Source: Octopus bimaculoides | Lineage: Eukaryota | Length of the DNA: 64,000 nt | Assembly (NCBI RefSeq): GCF_001194135.2 | Contig: NC_068981.1 | Coordinates: forward strand, 128,831,793-128,895,792 | Direction: 5' to 3' | Part shown: piece after piece, positions 40,112 through 54,156 of the stretch | Layout: each line of letters starts with the position of its first letter | Position numbering within the stretch: the first letter of the stretch is position 1 | The notes under the pieces: generated by a model | Database searches by the model: none | Told to the model about the DNA's origin: nothing | The model's input: only the letters and a program-made list of their open reading frames with translations | Position numbers and translations under genes: made by a program

Positions 40112-41056
40112 NNNNNNNNNNNNNNNNNNNNNNNNNNNNNNNNNNNNNNNNNNNNNNNNNNNNNNNNNNNNNNNNNNNNNNNNNNNNNNNNNNNNNNNNN
40201 NNNNNNNNNNNNNNNNNNNNNNNNNNNNNNNNNNNNNNNNNNNNNNNNNNNNNNNNNNNNNNNNNNNNNNNNNNNNNNNNNNNNNNNNNNNNNNNNNNNN
40301 NNNNNNNNNNNNNNNNNNNNNNNNNNNNNNNNNNNNNNNNNNNNNNNNNNNNNNNNNNNNNNNNNNNNNNNNNNNNNNNNNNNNNNNNNNNNNNNNNNNN
40401 NNNNNNNNNNNNNNNNNNNNNNNNNNNNNNNNNNNNNNNNNNNNNNNNNNNNNNNNNNNNNNNNNNNNNNNNNNNNNNNNNNNNNNNNNNNNNNNNNNNN
40501 NNNNNNNNNNNNNNNNNNNNNNNNNNNNNNNNNNNNNNNNNNNNNNNNNNNNNNNNNNNNNNNNNNNNNNNNNNNNNNNNNNNNNNNNNNNNNNNNNNNN
40601 NNNNNNNNNNNNNNNNNNNNNNNNNNNNNNNNNNNNNNNNNNNNNNNNNNNNNNNNNNNNNNNNNNNNNNNNNNNNNNNNNNNNNNNNNNNNNNNNNNNN
40701 NNNNNNNNNNNNNNNNNNNNNNNNNNNNNNNNNNNNNNNNNNNNNNNNNNNNNNNNNNNNNNNNNNNNNNNNNNNNNNNNNNNNNNNNNNNNNNNNNNNN
40801 NNNNNNNNNNNNNNNNNNNNNNNNNNNNNNNNNNNNNNNNNNNNNNNNNNNNNNNNNNNNNNNNNNNNNNNNNNNNNNNNNNNNNNNNNNNNNNNNNNNN
40901 NNNNNNNNNNNNNNNNNNNNNNNNNNNNNNNNNNNNNNNNNNNNNNNNNNNNNNNNNNNNNNNNNNNNNNNNNNNNNNNNNNNNNNNNNNNNNNNNNNNN
41001 NNNNNNNNNNNNNNNNNNNNNNNNNNNNATATATATATATATATATATACATATAT

Positions 41057-42713
41057 ATACTAGCAGAGATACCCAGTGTTGCCTGTGTCATATGGAATTG
41101 AAGAATTAGGCTTTTCTTTTATATTTTCTCTAATGAACTGGAATATCTATGATATGAATTTCATCAAAATTGGAGATTAAGAATTTTAATGAGGGTTCTT
41201 TCCCTCTTTACCCATCCTAACAAAAATTCTAATCATGACATATTTATTCCATACTATTCATCATTATGATTAGATCCCAAAATCCAAATCTTATAAAACC
41301 TATTCAAAGATTTTTGCTCCTGAAAAATGGAGCACATGGAGCTCTAAAATGTGTAAGTTAAGGCCCCTATTAGTGGGTGGTCTTAAAGTCAACCAGAGAA
41401 GTTGAATTGTTGGGTAACTTTTTTAACTTGTGTCTTATATCTATTGTTTAAATTTCTTTGAAATTGGAAATATATGAAAGTTCACTGGGTTTGTAAAAGA
41501 GAGCAAAGCTACAGGAAACCAAAAGGCAAATGATCTCAATAAGCAATCCCCACTGTAGGATTCCTCACCAGACAGGTGACCGGCACAGCCATAAAATGCA
41601 TTGTGGATCTATAGCAATTGGAAGGGCGTGACCCAACTCAAATAAACATTAACAACTGTGTGACGTGTGGGCTAAGGGGAAATGAAAGTGTCACCTCTGG
41701 AGTTTGCCAATGATCACTATGCCGATAGGTAACCGAACATAAATGTTTTTGAATGACCAATCACTTATCTGGAAAGACCTTGAAATCAATGTTACCATCT
41801 GGGGACTATCTCTGACCCAGTGATAATAAAAAAACTTAAAGGAGGTCTGCAACCAAATAACTTTACTCAAAATAACACTTTGCAACTGAATCAGTGGAGG
41901 CAAAGATGCTTCTCCTTTACATGACAATTTATGCATCACATTGCAAAAATCACAATCTAAATATATTTCAAGGCAAACTCTTACACAGTTGTATCATTGA
42001 ATTACAAATAGCACTCATCTTGTATCCTCAGGTGATTGTACAACTTCCAAGACTACAATTGTATTCATCTTGGCTTATGAAAAATGACTAAATTGTGGGG
42101 GTTGCCCCCATTAACGGGTCTTACTAACTCATAAGAAGTTGAAATTTTAGGAATATTACTTCATCTGTCTCTAATATCCATGGTTTAAAATTTCATCAAC
42201 AGCAAAAATATATGAATTTTCATGGGGTTTATGACCTCATTTATGCCCCCTCACTTTCAAACATATACTGCATTACATCTGTCCTTATGCATAGAATATT
42301 ATTTCCAAATTTCATAAATATCCATTCAGTACTCTTGACCTAGTTTTGGATCATAAGAAATGACTAACATTTGAGAAGCAGAAACTTTGGGAATACTTCT
42401 TGATGTGTGTCAATTACCCATGGTTGAAGTGTCATCAACATCGAAAATATATGAATTTTCATGGGGGTTCTGCCCCCTTTAAGCCATCTCAAATTCAAAC
42501 CAAACATACTGCATTATACCTGCCCTTATGCATTGAATGTAAGTCCCAAATATCATAAGGATCCATTTAGTAATTTTGGGCCATGAAATTGTATGAAATA
42601 TATGACATTACCCTTCTCCCTAGGCTTGGATTTTGTGTTCCAAATTTCATTAGGATCGGTGCAGTAGTTTTCACATGAACACACATTAAGACATTGACTT
42701 TTATATAAAAGAT
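41057..42713 (+). mobile_element. Helentron/DINE-1-like non-autonomous rolling-circle element
   Basis: 5' ACTAGC..ACCCAGTGTTGCC and 3' CAAATTTCATTAGGATCGG...CTTTTATATAAAAGAT. It has an internal tandem duplicate of about 240 bp (42160-42330 vs 42400-42580) and a possible degraded helicase motif (ITIN..QGxxL) near 41940. Confidence 0.55.
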
Positions 42714-43089
42714 ATATATGCACATATACATACATGTATATATGTATGTGTGTATGTGCATGTATGTGTGTGTGTATTATATATATAAACACAGAAAGAT
42801 AGGTTGATAGATACAACTGAGTGGGCAAAAAAAAATATGAAACACTGCCTTGAAGAATTTTTCTTCGAATGAATCGACCCCAGTGCTTTTTTTTAAATTT
42901 GATAAGNNNNNNNNNNNNNNNNNNNNNNNNNNNNNNNNNNNNNNNNNNNNNNNNNNNNNNNNNNNNNNNNNNNNNNNNNNNNNNNNNNNNNNNNNNNNNN
43001 NNNNNNNNNNNNNNNNNNNNNNNNNNNNNNNNNNNNNNNNNNNNNNNNNNNNNNNNNNNNNNNNNNNNNNNNNNNNNNNNNNNNNNNNN

Positions 43090-43135
<46 letters not shown>

Positions 43136-43204
43136 GATAGATTTCTTTCAGTTTCTGTCTACCAAATCCACTCACAAGGCTTTGGTTGATCTAAGGCTAT
43201 AGCA

Positions 43205-43530
43205 GAAGACACATGCCAACTTACCACAGTGGGAGAAATGGGCTGATAAGGTAATCGAGGTAGTCAGAATCTGCGATAGAATACTTAAGATTAGATTAGT
43301 GCTACATCATGGGTTAGCAACCATTATCTTGGCCTCTGCCCCTCAACCGGGGCTACCTGATGGACAGAAAGACTGATTTTATGACACACTCTTGCAGACT
43401 ACCTTGTTGACGAATGACAGGGACCTTCTCTTGTGGATGGTAACTTCAATGGACATGTTGAGGGAGATTCCATGGCGTACATGGAGGCTATGGTTTTGGT
43501 TCCCGCAATGAGGAAGACAGTGAAATCCCC
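43205..43530 (+). mobile_element. RTE-type LINE endonuclease fragment
   Basis: GNFNGHV and HGVHGGYGFGSRNEE remnants. Confidence 0.75.
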
Positions 43531-44559
43531 TGGCCCATCAGGAATCCTAATGCCAACTATTTTCCAGAGTGGACTGGGTGCTTTTTACATGGCCACCAAG
43601 GATCCTTTGAGAAAGGGGTGTTATTGAAAGAGGTTGCTTTATGCCAGGTGATGAAAGTTTAGAGTAGGACAGAGGGACAGAAACAGGTGTCGTGTTATAG
43701 AGGAGATATATAGTTACCTCATTGAGAGGGAGAGAGAATGAGAGTGAGAGAGTGAGAAAGAGCACATACACATATATGTAATGGATGAAGGATTATTTGT
43801 GTATCAGTTGAAATTTAATTGTGATGGTTAAGATTGATTAGGTACGCAATAAATAATATGAAATATCGGAGTCATCAGTTGTAACGATAAGGATTTATTA
43901 TAACAGCATTTTGTAGGATGTGAAAGATGAACAATGCATGAAGTTTTAAGAAAATATTTATTTTTACCGTTACACTATACAATACCTTGCCTCGACAGGA
44001 AGGTGATAAAAAAAATCCCAAAGCATGCAAAATAAAGATAGATGTATAGTTTGTGTTGGTGTTCTCATCATTGTTTAGTAGTAATTATAAAGAGAGAGAT
44101 AGAATGATGTTGTAAGAAAACAGAATTAGAGCTAGTACGAGTGAGAAAGTATGGGACGAAACAACTGCTTTGTTGGTGAGATACCATAGTTGTTCTAGCC
44201 GGTCAGTCAGACTTCGTACACCCTGAGTTGTCACCAAAGTGACTAACTCGTTGAGTCGTCACCAAGTGACTAACTGTCTTTTGCTTGCAGGTTCTTGCTT
44301 TTATAACTATCCAGAAGGATAGACATATCATTGAGAACAATGGGCTTCGTTGGTGGTACTGTGATATCTCTATTCTAGCTTTTAGTGAAGTAGAAGAGGT
44401 TATAAGGGTCAAGTGGTGAAGACATTATTTCAGCCTAGCTAAAGGCATCTGATAAATGTAAAACTGCTGTCGCAGAAAAATCCATTGTTCCACCGTGAGA
44501 AAAGTTGTGTTGAACTGTTAATTTAAATTTGGCTATCGTGGATTGAATCCACTTCATGC

Positions 44560-44875
44560 TTGCAAGATTCACTACAATCGAGTGAGGTTGCTGCCAGTGC
44601 CGCTGGACTGGCTCCCGTGCAGGTAGCACATAAAAAACACCTTTTGGAGCATGGCCGTTGCTAGTACCGTGTGACTGGCCCTCGTGCTAGTGGCACATAA
44701 AAGCACCCACTACACTCTCGGAGTGGTTGGCGTTAGGAAGGGCATCCAGTTGTAGAAACTCTGCCAAATCAGATTGGAGCCCGGTGCAGCTTTTTGACTT
44801 GTCAGTCCTCAGTCAAATCGTCCAACTCATGCTAGCATGGAAAGCAAACGTTAAACGATGATGATGATGATGATA
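44560..44875 (+). mobile_element. RTE-type 3' end with (GAT)n tail
   Basis: Homologous to the 3' UTR at 45385-45950. Confidence 0.75.
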
Positions 44876-45384
44876 TTTATATCATATTTTTCTTGCCTCC
44901 CAACATTTTTTCTCTCTCTTTTTCTCTTCCACTATTTTTTCTCTGGTATTTATTCTATATCCTTTCAAAATTTCTCCCAGGTGTTACCCATTACAATGTG
45001 TTTTGGCCTAACAGCCCTTAATGTTTGGCTTCATCAATTGTTTACACTGTACGTCTACTCTACCATTGATCGTTTGTTCAAAGTTCTAACTCTCCAGAAA
45101 TTTTATATTTTTAAAATTTCTCGATGCTGCTGTTTTATAAAGTTTTCCTGTATTGTCATAGAAAGCTCCAAATAGGAAGTAATTAACAGTCAACAACTGA
45201 GGAGGGATGAGACTTTTTGGTATTTTGTCCTGTACTTGTCTCTTATTATGTGTTTACGTATTTTTCACTCATTCGTGATGTCCTGTTCTTATTGTGTATT
45301 TTTTTTGTAATTCGTCCTGTACTCATCACTTGTGTCTATGTAATTTTCACTCATTGGTGATGTCCTGTACTTGATGTAGTTTAT

Positions 45385-47041
45385 CGTCGTCATCATCATC
45401 ATCATCATCGTTTAACGACCGTTTTCCATGCTGGCATGAGTTGGATGGTTTGACTGAGGTCTGGAGAGCCAGCGGCTGCACCAGGCTCCAACAGCTGGAT
45501 ATCCTTCTTAACACCAACCACTCTGAGAGTGTAGTGGGTGCTTTTTACGTGCCACCGGCACAGGAGCCAGTCAAGCGGGCCTGGCAACAATCCCGTTCAG
45601 AAGTGCTTTTTATGTGCCACTGGCACATGTGCCAGTCAGGGAGTACTGGCATCAACCACATTCAGATGGTGCCTTTTATGTGCCACCAGCACAGGAGCCA
45701 GTCAGGCAGACCTAGCATTGACCATGTTCAGATTGTGCTTTTTACGTGCCACTGGCACAGGCGCCAGTCTAGGGGTACTGGCATCGGCCACTTTTGGTTG
45801 GTGCTTTTTATGTGCCACTGGCACGGAAGCCAGTCAGGCAGACTTGGCATTGACCACATTCGGATGGTGCTTTTTACATGCCACTGGCATGGGAGCCAGT
45901 TAGGGGCACTGACCCCAGCTACGATATTGGCTTTATTTGATTCAACAGGTCTTCTCAAGCATATGTATCGCCCGACACAACAGGGGTATTCTTACCAAGG
46001 CCAGACATGTGTGGCTGCGATCTCACTCTAATTGCCAGGTCTTCTCAATCACAGCATCTCTCCAAAGGTCTTGGTCTCCTGTCATTGCCTCTGTGAGGCC
46101 CAATGTTCGAAGGTTATGCTTCACCACCTCATCCCATGTCTTCCAGGGTCTACCTCTTCTACAGGTTCCTTCTACAGTTAGGGAATGACACTTCCTCACG
46201 CAACTGTCCTCATCCATATGTAACACATGACCATACCAATGCAGTCACCTCTCTTGCACACCACATTTGCTGCTTCTTTAGCCCAAGTTTTCTCTCAGGG
46301 CACTTATATTCTGTCATGTATGCACACTGACATTACACATCCAGCTGATCATACTAGCTTCATGTCTTTCAAGCCTATTCATGTCCTCAACATTCATGGC
46401 CCATGTTCCACTGCTGTGTAGCATGGCAGTTTGCACACATGCATCATACAGTCTACCTTTCACCCTGAGTGAGAGGCCCTTAGTTGCCAGCAGAGGTAGG
46501 AGCTCCCTGAAATTTACCCAGGTTATTCTTACTCTAGTTGCTACACTCTCAGAGCAACTGCCCCTACTACAGACTTGGTTGCCTAGGTAGCAGAGGCTAT
46601 TAACTACTTCTAGTTTCTCCCCCTGGCATGTGATGGAATCTGTTTTCTGTACATCTTCAGTGTTTATTGCCCCAGTGCATCTGCCACGCATGAAAACTAT
46701 TTTCCCAGTTAACCTTCCCTTGATATTGCTGCACCTTTTATGTGCCCATACATCATATGGAGTTTCTGGTACATCGTATGGAGTTTCTACCTACACCTTT
46801 TCTACAGATCAAGCAGGGCCATCTACCTGAAGTGGGTTGTGATTTGACAGCCTTCCTACTTACTAACACTTTGGTTTTTGCTAGACTGACTCTAAGGCCT
46901 TTCGATTCTAGACCTTGCTTCCACACCCTAAACTTTGTCTCCAGTTCTGGCAGTGACTTGGCTATTAGAGCAAGGTCATCAGCATAGAAGAGCTCCCAGG
47001 GGCAACCTGCCTTGAATTCTTCTGTTATTGCCTGGAGGACT
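45385..47041 (-). mobile_element. RTE-clade LINE 3' portion (RT C-terminus, 3'UTR, (GAT)n tail)
   Basis: KLEVVNSLCYLG, LSLRVKGRLYDACVQTAMLH and RRGRPWKTWDEVV remnants, followed by the UTR and tail. Confidence 0.9.
45538..45905. repeat. Six tandem units of 65-66 bp inside the RTE 3'UTR
   Basis: GTGCTTTTTAyGTGCCAC starts at 45538, 45603, 45669, 45735, 45801 and 45867. Confidence 0.9.
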
Positions 47042-47439
47042 ANNNNNNNNNNNNNNNNNNNNNNNNNNNNNNNNNNNNNNNNNNNNNNNNNNNNNNNNNN
47101 NNNNNNNNNNNNNNNNNNNNNNNNNNNNNNNNNNNNNNNNNNNNNNNNNNNNNNNNNNNNNNNNNNNNNNNNNNNNNNNNNNNNNNNNNNATATATATAT
47201 ATATATATATAATCTTTTATTCTTCACTTGTTTCAGTCATTAGACTGTGGCTATTCTGGGGCATGGCTTTGAAGAACTTTTAGTTCAATGGATTGACTCC
47301 AGTATCACATTTTCTTTTCAAAATCTAGTAATTATTCTATTGGAGTCTTTTGCTGAACTACTAAGTTACAGGATGTAAACAAACCAACATTAGCATATAT
47401 GCATATACATACATACATATAAATATATAGATAGATATA

Positions 47440-47504
47440 GATATATATATATGCATGTATGTATGTATGTATGTATGTCTTTGTCTACATATAGAGAGAT
47501 AGAC

Positions 47505-47562
<58 letters not shown>

Positions 47563-47700
47563 TGCTAGATAGATAGAGAGACAGACAGATAGACAGACAG
47601 ACAGGCAGGCAGGTAGGTATGTAAGTAGGCAGGTAGGTAGGTAGGTAGGTAGGTAGGTAGGCAGGTAGGCAGGCTGGCAGGTAGTTAGGTAGGTAGGTAA
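47440..47700. repeat. Compound (TATG)/(TAGA)/(CAGA)/(TAGG) microsatellite
   Basis: Direct reading. Confidence 0.9.
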
Positions 47701-48408
47701 ATTCTGAGAAAGTGTTTATAAACATAAGCCACCCACTTTAAAAGAGGCAGTACGGAAATCAATACCATCCCAGCTCCAGATGATGGGTCTACAGTAAACT
47801 TGAAATGTTGATGAAGATTCATTTGGGAACTTTATTTGTTTCAAATAAACCATAAGGGTTCAATAAGCAGGCAGGAAAAATACATATATGCACATACACA
47901 CAGACACACACACTTATAAACACCCACGCATACATACATATATGCATGTATTTAATAATACATAAATCAATATATGCACTTGAAATAACATTACATTAAC
48001 AAGAGGATATGTATCACATTTATAATGTATATACTAACTATAGAACAATTCTATCTGTAATACTTTGGGTCAGAGAAACTTCTTGTAGGAGACTGTGTTT
48101 TAAAGATGTTTCTCTGAGGTAGAATTTTACAGCTAGAACCATATGTTAATACATAGATTAAATGTTACAGGCACACTCAAATTAATATATCTACACGCAT
48201 CATCATCATCATCATCATCATCATCGTCATTATCATTTAATGTCCACTTTCTGTGCCTGCATGGATAGAACAGTTTGCCAGAAGCTGGCAAGCTAGAGGT
48301 CTATCCACAGGTCTAATGTCTACAAAGAGTATAGAGTGTCTATATATACACATATGTGTATATATAGAGTGTCTATATATACACATATGTGTATATATAT
48401 AGATACAC

Positions 48409-48476
<68 letters not shown>

Positions 48477-48509
48477 GTATATGTATAAATACACACACAT
48501 ATATGCATA

Positions 48510-48541
<32 letters not shown>

Positions 48542-49082
48542 CATAGATATGCATAATAATTTGTTTCAGAGAAACTTATACATGCAAAAATGCATGCACA
48601 TGCACACACACACACATATTTATACACACACAACGTGTAAGTAATGAACCTTTAAGCTTGTTTAACATATTATTGTGCTGATGGTATCATATGAGAATAC
48701 TCTAGATTTTATTTTCTTATTTTATTTGTTTACTTGATTAAAATGTAGTAGAATTTATTTACTTGATAAAATTGCTTATTGAATGATTAGTTAATTTAAA
48801 TTTACTAGTGATTTCTTTAATAGATGTTAATCATGTTTCAGTGTGTTTCTATTTTTTTTCATACATTATTGGCAAGAAATCTTGACATCAAACTGAAAAA
48901 TGACATACATACAAACATACATATACCTGTATACACATGCACATAGTGCCATCTAAAGATAGTAGGACACTAAGCATTTGCCCAAGGGACCTCACAAGTC
49001 TAGGGGACCAATTCTAATCTATGTATGGTGTCTCTTGTCAGCCTGTGGGATTATAATGCTGCTGAAACAGCCTTGCATACAG

Positions 49083-49134
<52 letters not shown>

Positions 49135-50952
49135 NNNNNNNNNNNNNNNNNNNNNNNNNNNNNNNNNNNNNNNNNNNNNNNNNNNNNNNNNNNNNNNNNN
49201 NNNNNNNNNNNNNNNNNNNNNNNNNNNNNNNNNNNNNNNNNNNNNNNNNNNNNNNNNNNNNNNNNNNNNNNNNNNNNNNNNNNNNNNNNNNNNNNNNNNN
49301 NNNNNNNNNNNNNNNNNNNNNNNNNNNNNNNNNNNNNNNNNNNNNNNNNNNNNNNNNNNNNNNNNNNNNNNNNNNNNNNNNNNNNNNNNNNNNNNNNNNN
49401 NNNNNNNNNNNNNNNNNNNNNNNNNNNNNNNNNNNNNNNNNNNNNNNNNNNNNNNNNNNNNNNNNNNNNNNNNNNNNNNNNNNNNNNNNNNNNNNNNNNN
49501 NNNNNNNNNNNNNNNNNNNNNNNNNNNNNNNNNNNNNNNNNNNNNNNNNNNNNNNNNNNNNNNNNNNNNNNNNNNNNNNNNNNNNNNNNNNNNNNNNNNN
49601 NNNNNNNNNNNNNNNNNNNNNNNNNNNNNNNNNNNNNNNNNNNNNNNNNNNNNNNNNNNNNNNNNNNNNNNNNNNNNNNNNNNNNNNNNNNNNNNNNNNN
49701 NNNNNNNNNNNNNNNNNNNNNNNNNNNNNNNNNNNNNNNNNNNNNNNNNNNNNNNNNNNNNNNNNNNNNNNNNNNNNNNNNNNNNNNNNNTATGTATTAT
49801 ACCTAATCATATATATATATATATATATAATAATACAAAGAATATATATACATGTATACACACATATATGTACATACTTACATCTACATGTGTATATACA
49901 TGCATATCAGAGTACAGGACGTTAGAACAATAAACTACAGACAACGGAACGAACACATAGGAAAACGGAAAGCCACTTGGAATATCCCTTCATCAGCTGT
50001 CTCTATTCTATCTAGACGTTTCGAAGACAAGACAGAACGTACTCTAGAATAGTCTCTTCCTGAGTAGTGGATCAACCCACTACACAGAGGATTCCAAGGT
50101 GGCAAACACAAACCAAGACAGGAAAAAATGGACAGTGAAAACAACATTCAAAAGCCGTATATATATACATACTCATCTACTTACGTACACATACACGTAT
50201 ATATATTCACCTTCATATACACATATTCACCCATATACATACATAAATACATACATACACACATACATATTATATATAGTAATACAGAGCAAGGTTTTGT
50301 ATGGTTGGTATGTCAGCAAACTTGTTGGGTTTAAATGTGGTGAAGAAGGTTGCCAGAGTCCCAGCAAGACAAAGAACCAGTACTTCTCAAAAGTAGGGAT
50401 AACTTGGTTGCCCACTGCACAGGGACTTTGAAATTCCAGATTGGTTTTCAGCTTTATTTTAGGGTCCCTGGCTTAAATAATGAGAAAATGTGGTATTCTA
50501 CAAACTGTTCTCGACTTAAATTTCATACAGGTTTTGCTAGCTTATTTTCTAATTGCTAGTGATGGTCATATTAATTCCATGAGAGGACAGCCAACACACA
50601 CACACACGCATACATTGCACACACATACATACATCCATATATGCATATGTGTGTGTGTGCGTGCGCATGTATATGTACGCATGTATATATGTATACATAT
50701 ACATACATACGTGTGAATGTGCGTGCGCTTGTGTGTGTGTGCGTATGAGCGCGCGCGTATGTATATGTACGTATATATGTATATTCATTTCTGTATAACT
50801 ACTTTATAAATGTTTTGATGCCATTAACAACCACCTGGATTCTGTCTCCCATCGTTTGTATTTGAATTTTTCTACCAGCTGGTTCGCTCTCAGCACAAAT
50901 TGTCTCTATATTATACGCCTTTTTGACATATTCTTATCTATTACTTATATAC

Positions 50953-50992
<40 letters not shown>

Positions 50993-51902
50993 GGGGGGGT
51001 GAACAGATAGACAGATAGATATACCACACTTCAATTTTAGTCCCAAAATTATATGTATGTGTGTACGTGTGCGAGTATGTATGCGCGTATGTATGTACAT
51101 ATGTTATATATATTAGGATTTTTATTTCGTATTAAGACCGATGTATAAGAATGCGTGGCGTTAATGTATATACCACTGGGAATAACAACTTTAATCGTAA
51201 AAAAGTATACCTGATATCCGAAATATGATCACTGATTAAGTTTCTTAACGACAGTTGTCTGTAATTAAACTGTTTGTTACGTAAGCAAGATAACTAATTC
51301 TTAAATTGAGAAAATTAAAAGTTTGGCAGTCCATGCCCTTTATCAAAAGCACTAACTACATAAAAAAAAAGATTAAAAATTAAAACGTTTCTGACAGGGA
51401 ATCGAAACAAGGTTGTTTCTCTTGAAGTTGATTTCTTGAGGACTTGCCCACTCAGGAATAAATTATATAAGCCTAGAGAAAGTGCGACTGTGTAACATTC
51501 ATGACAGGCTCAATGTAAGTATAGAGAAGAAACTGCAACTGAAAATCGAAACCGTGTTGCGATTTTGGTTTGTCAGTAACTTAAAGGAACCTATTAGTAA
51601 TAATGACAGTAATTTATTATAGCTTGGAGACAGCCTTGATTTATTAAAAAATGTATAAATATGGTTATCTGTCGTCCATACCTTCTTCAAAGCATCAGCT
51701 CAGCAGTTTAAGTAAAGTGAAATATGTATAAGATATAGAGACAGGATTCCAGCTCACCGGGTGCTTATTTTTACTGCATGGTACAAACGCCGAAAATAGA
51801 ATAAGCTTCTGTGATGTAAAAACATCTAACCTCTGTTGCTTGGATATGCAAATGTATTACACTTATTAAGAAGAGTGAATGCGTTAAAAGTAGTTTACTT
51901 AC

Positions 51903-51969
51903 AATTGAATGCATATTCGGAATCGCTGCTGCCATCAACAGCTATCAAAATGACTCTTCCTTGTGCCAT
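51903..51969 (-). CDS. Universal stress protein (UspA-like) paralog B, first coding exon
   Basis: ATG at 51969 reads MAQGRVILIAVDGSSDSEYAFN+T, then a GTAAGT donor at 51902 (phase 1, same position as paralog A). Not in the ORF track because it is short. Confidence 0.88.
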
Positions 51970-53055
51970 TGCGAGGGTAGTCTTTTTCTATGACGTTAGA
52001 ATGAAGGTCAGGGATAACAAAGTTAAGATTTATACTGAATAAACCCGACTGTAGTCAGATCAATAGATATCTGGGACAGACCAGTGGACGGAAAAACGAT
52101 CGTTGTGTGAAGGACAGAGAGAGATGGAGAAAGTGATTTTAGAGGTAGGCAGAGGTAGTGAATAAGGTAGAGAGGAATAGAAATAAAGAGAGGTAGGAAT
52201 ACAGCAGAAGAGTTAGAGGTACAATGAGAGGCAGGGGGATAGAGAAGAGGAGGAGTTAGGAAAAGATAATAGATTTATATTTATGCAAGTATGTAAAAAG
52301 GAAAAGAGGGATGAGGGTTGGCAGTTTTACTAGAATGGAGGAGAATAGGAGGGGAAAGGAGGGGGAAATTTAGAAATAAGAAAGTGAGAGCGGGGTTAGA
52401 CCGAAACAATATCATAGAGGGGTGTGAGAGATAAATACTAAGAGTAACAGAGAGAGAGAGAGAAAGAGACTGACAAGCGATAATGAAAAAATGATAATCA
52501 ATGGATGGCGTAAAGAGAAAGGGGAAATTAGAAAGACATACAGAGAAAAAGAGAGGGTGAGCTATATGATGGAAGAAAAAGTCGCATAAAGAGAGGAGTA
52601 AGAAAGAGTGTTCGGAGAGTTAGGTTGTTAGGAGAGCAGAGCAGAGAAGAGAAGAGAAGAGACATGGAAAGAAAGAGCAGAAGACACACAGATAGAGAAA
52701 AAGGAAGGAGGTGTGACGCAGGAATTCGATCGTCTCCAGAGATGATGGTGGTGTCGAGAAGCGCAATGAGCATTGCTTTAGAATCAATAAGGAAATGTTG
52801 TGGCAGACGACTAGTTGAACGTGTTACACATGATAGCAGTGAAGTCTTCGTGCTTCATTACCGAAAATACAATTTCTGAACATCTCATAATGCGGGAGGT
52901 GTTACTATGGAAAAGATATAACTAGATATTTTGTTTATTAGCAACCAAGACAGTATTAAAAAATCCTTTTTAGATCAACTATATATAGATACACACTAGT
53001 GCCTACATGCATGCACGCATGTGTGTGTGTATGTGTGTGTGTGTGTGTGTGTGTT

Positions 53056-53108
<53 letters not shown>

Positions 53109-53149
53109 CCTCTCCTACCACTTGACAACTGGTATTGGTTNNNNNNNNN

Positions 53150-53294
53150 NGTGTGGATGAGAGATTTGGTTCCCAACCATGTGATATTGGGTTCTATCCC
53201 ACTTCGCGGCATCTTGGACTTCTACTATAGCCTCGAGCAGAGCAGAGACTTGTGAGTTGATTTAGCAAACGGAAACTGAAAGAAGCCCGTCGTA

Positions 53295-53335
<41 letters not shown>

Positions 53336-53525
53336 CCTCTCCTACCACTTGACAACTGGTATTGGTTTGTTTGTGTCCCCATAACATAATGGTTCAGCAA
53401 AACAAGCTAATGGAATAAGTACCAAGCTTTAAAAATAATAAGTACTGGGGTCGATTAATTCGACCAAACACTTCCAAGCGGTGCTTCAGCATGGCCGCAG
53501 TCCAATGACTGAAACAAGTAAAAGC
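53150..53525 (+). mobile_element. SINE family B
   Basis: Head, core and tail match. Confidence 0.85.
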
Positions 53526-53586
53526 TAAATATACACGCACGCACAACCACAAACACGTGCGAGCGAGCGCGCACATACTCACACAC

Positions 53587-53621
<35 letters not shown>

Positions 53622-53639
53622 ATCAATGAACTTAAAAAA

Positions 53640-53775
53640 GGTGGAGAGCCGGCAGAATTGTTAACACGCTGGACGAAATACTTAGCAGTATTTCTCCCGC
53701 CGCTCCGTTCTGAGTTCAAATTCCGCCCCCTCCCCCAAAATTTTACATTTTGTGCCTATAGCAGAAAGGATATAA
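53640..53775 (+). mobile_element. SINE family A with an internal deletion
   Basis: Head joined directly to tail, core missing. Confidence 0.7.
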
Positions 53776-54105
53776 TTACAGCCTTAACTCACATTCGAGG
53801 ATGACTTAGTATCACTATGAAGCACGCTTTTGCTAATGGTTTTTAGGTACACGAACAGATACAGACACTCAGTCTTTCTCGACCCGCCCACCCTCGTACA
53901 AGATGGGGGAATCCAGGATGTGATAGGTGAAGAGAGAGAAAGCTGAATCAGCATTGAGCGGATACTATGGTTATCGTGCTGAGTAGATGAAAGGTAAAGT
54001 TACCAACGGCGGGATTGGAACTCGCAGCAGAAAGCCGCAGGTAAATATCGGCTTTGGCAAATGCGGCTACTTTAGTTTTAGTGGGTGTGTATGTGTATGT
54101 ATGTA

Positions 54106-54156
<51 letters not shown>

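Noticed and set aside
45538-45905. Regularly spaced repeat resembling a CRISPR array
   Set aside because: Eukaryotic context, whole units are homologous with no unique spacers, and it lies within a LINE UTR.
49960-50045. CTGATGAAGG and CGAAACGTC strings suggesting a hammerhead
   Set aside because: The motifs are in the wrong order for type I and I could not build stems I and II. Probably a rearranged PLE terminus.
51501-51520. Plus-strand ATGACAGGCTCAAT|GTAAGT mini first exon
   Set aside because: Only a donor match, with no homology or partner exon.
53100-53370. Direct duplicates flanking 10-N gaps (also 54765-54915)
   Set aside because: Typical unmerged contig overlaps, so most likely assembly artefacts.
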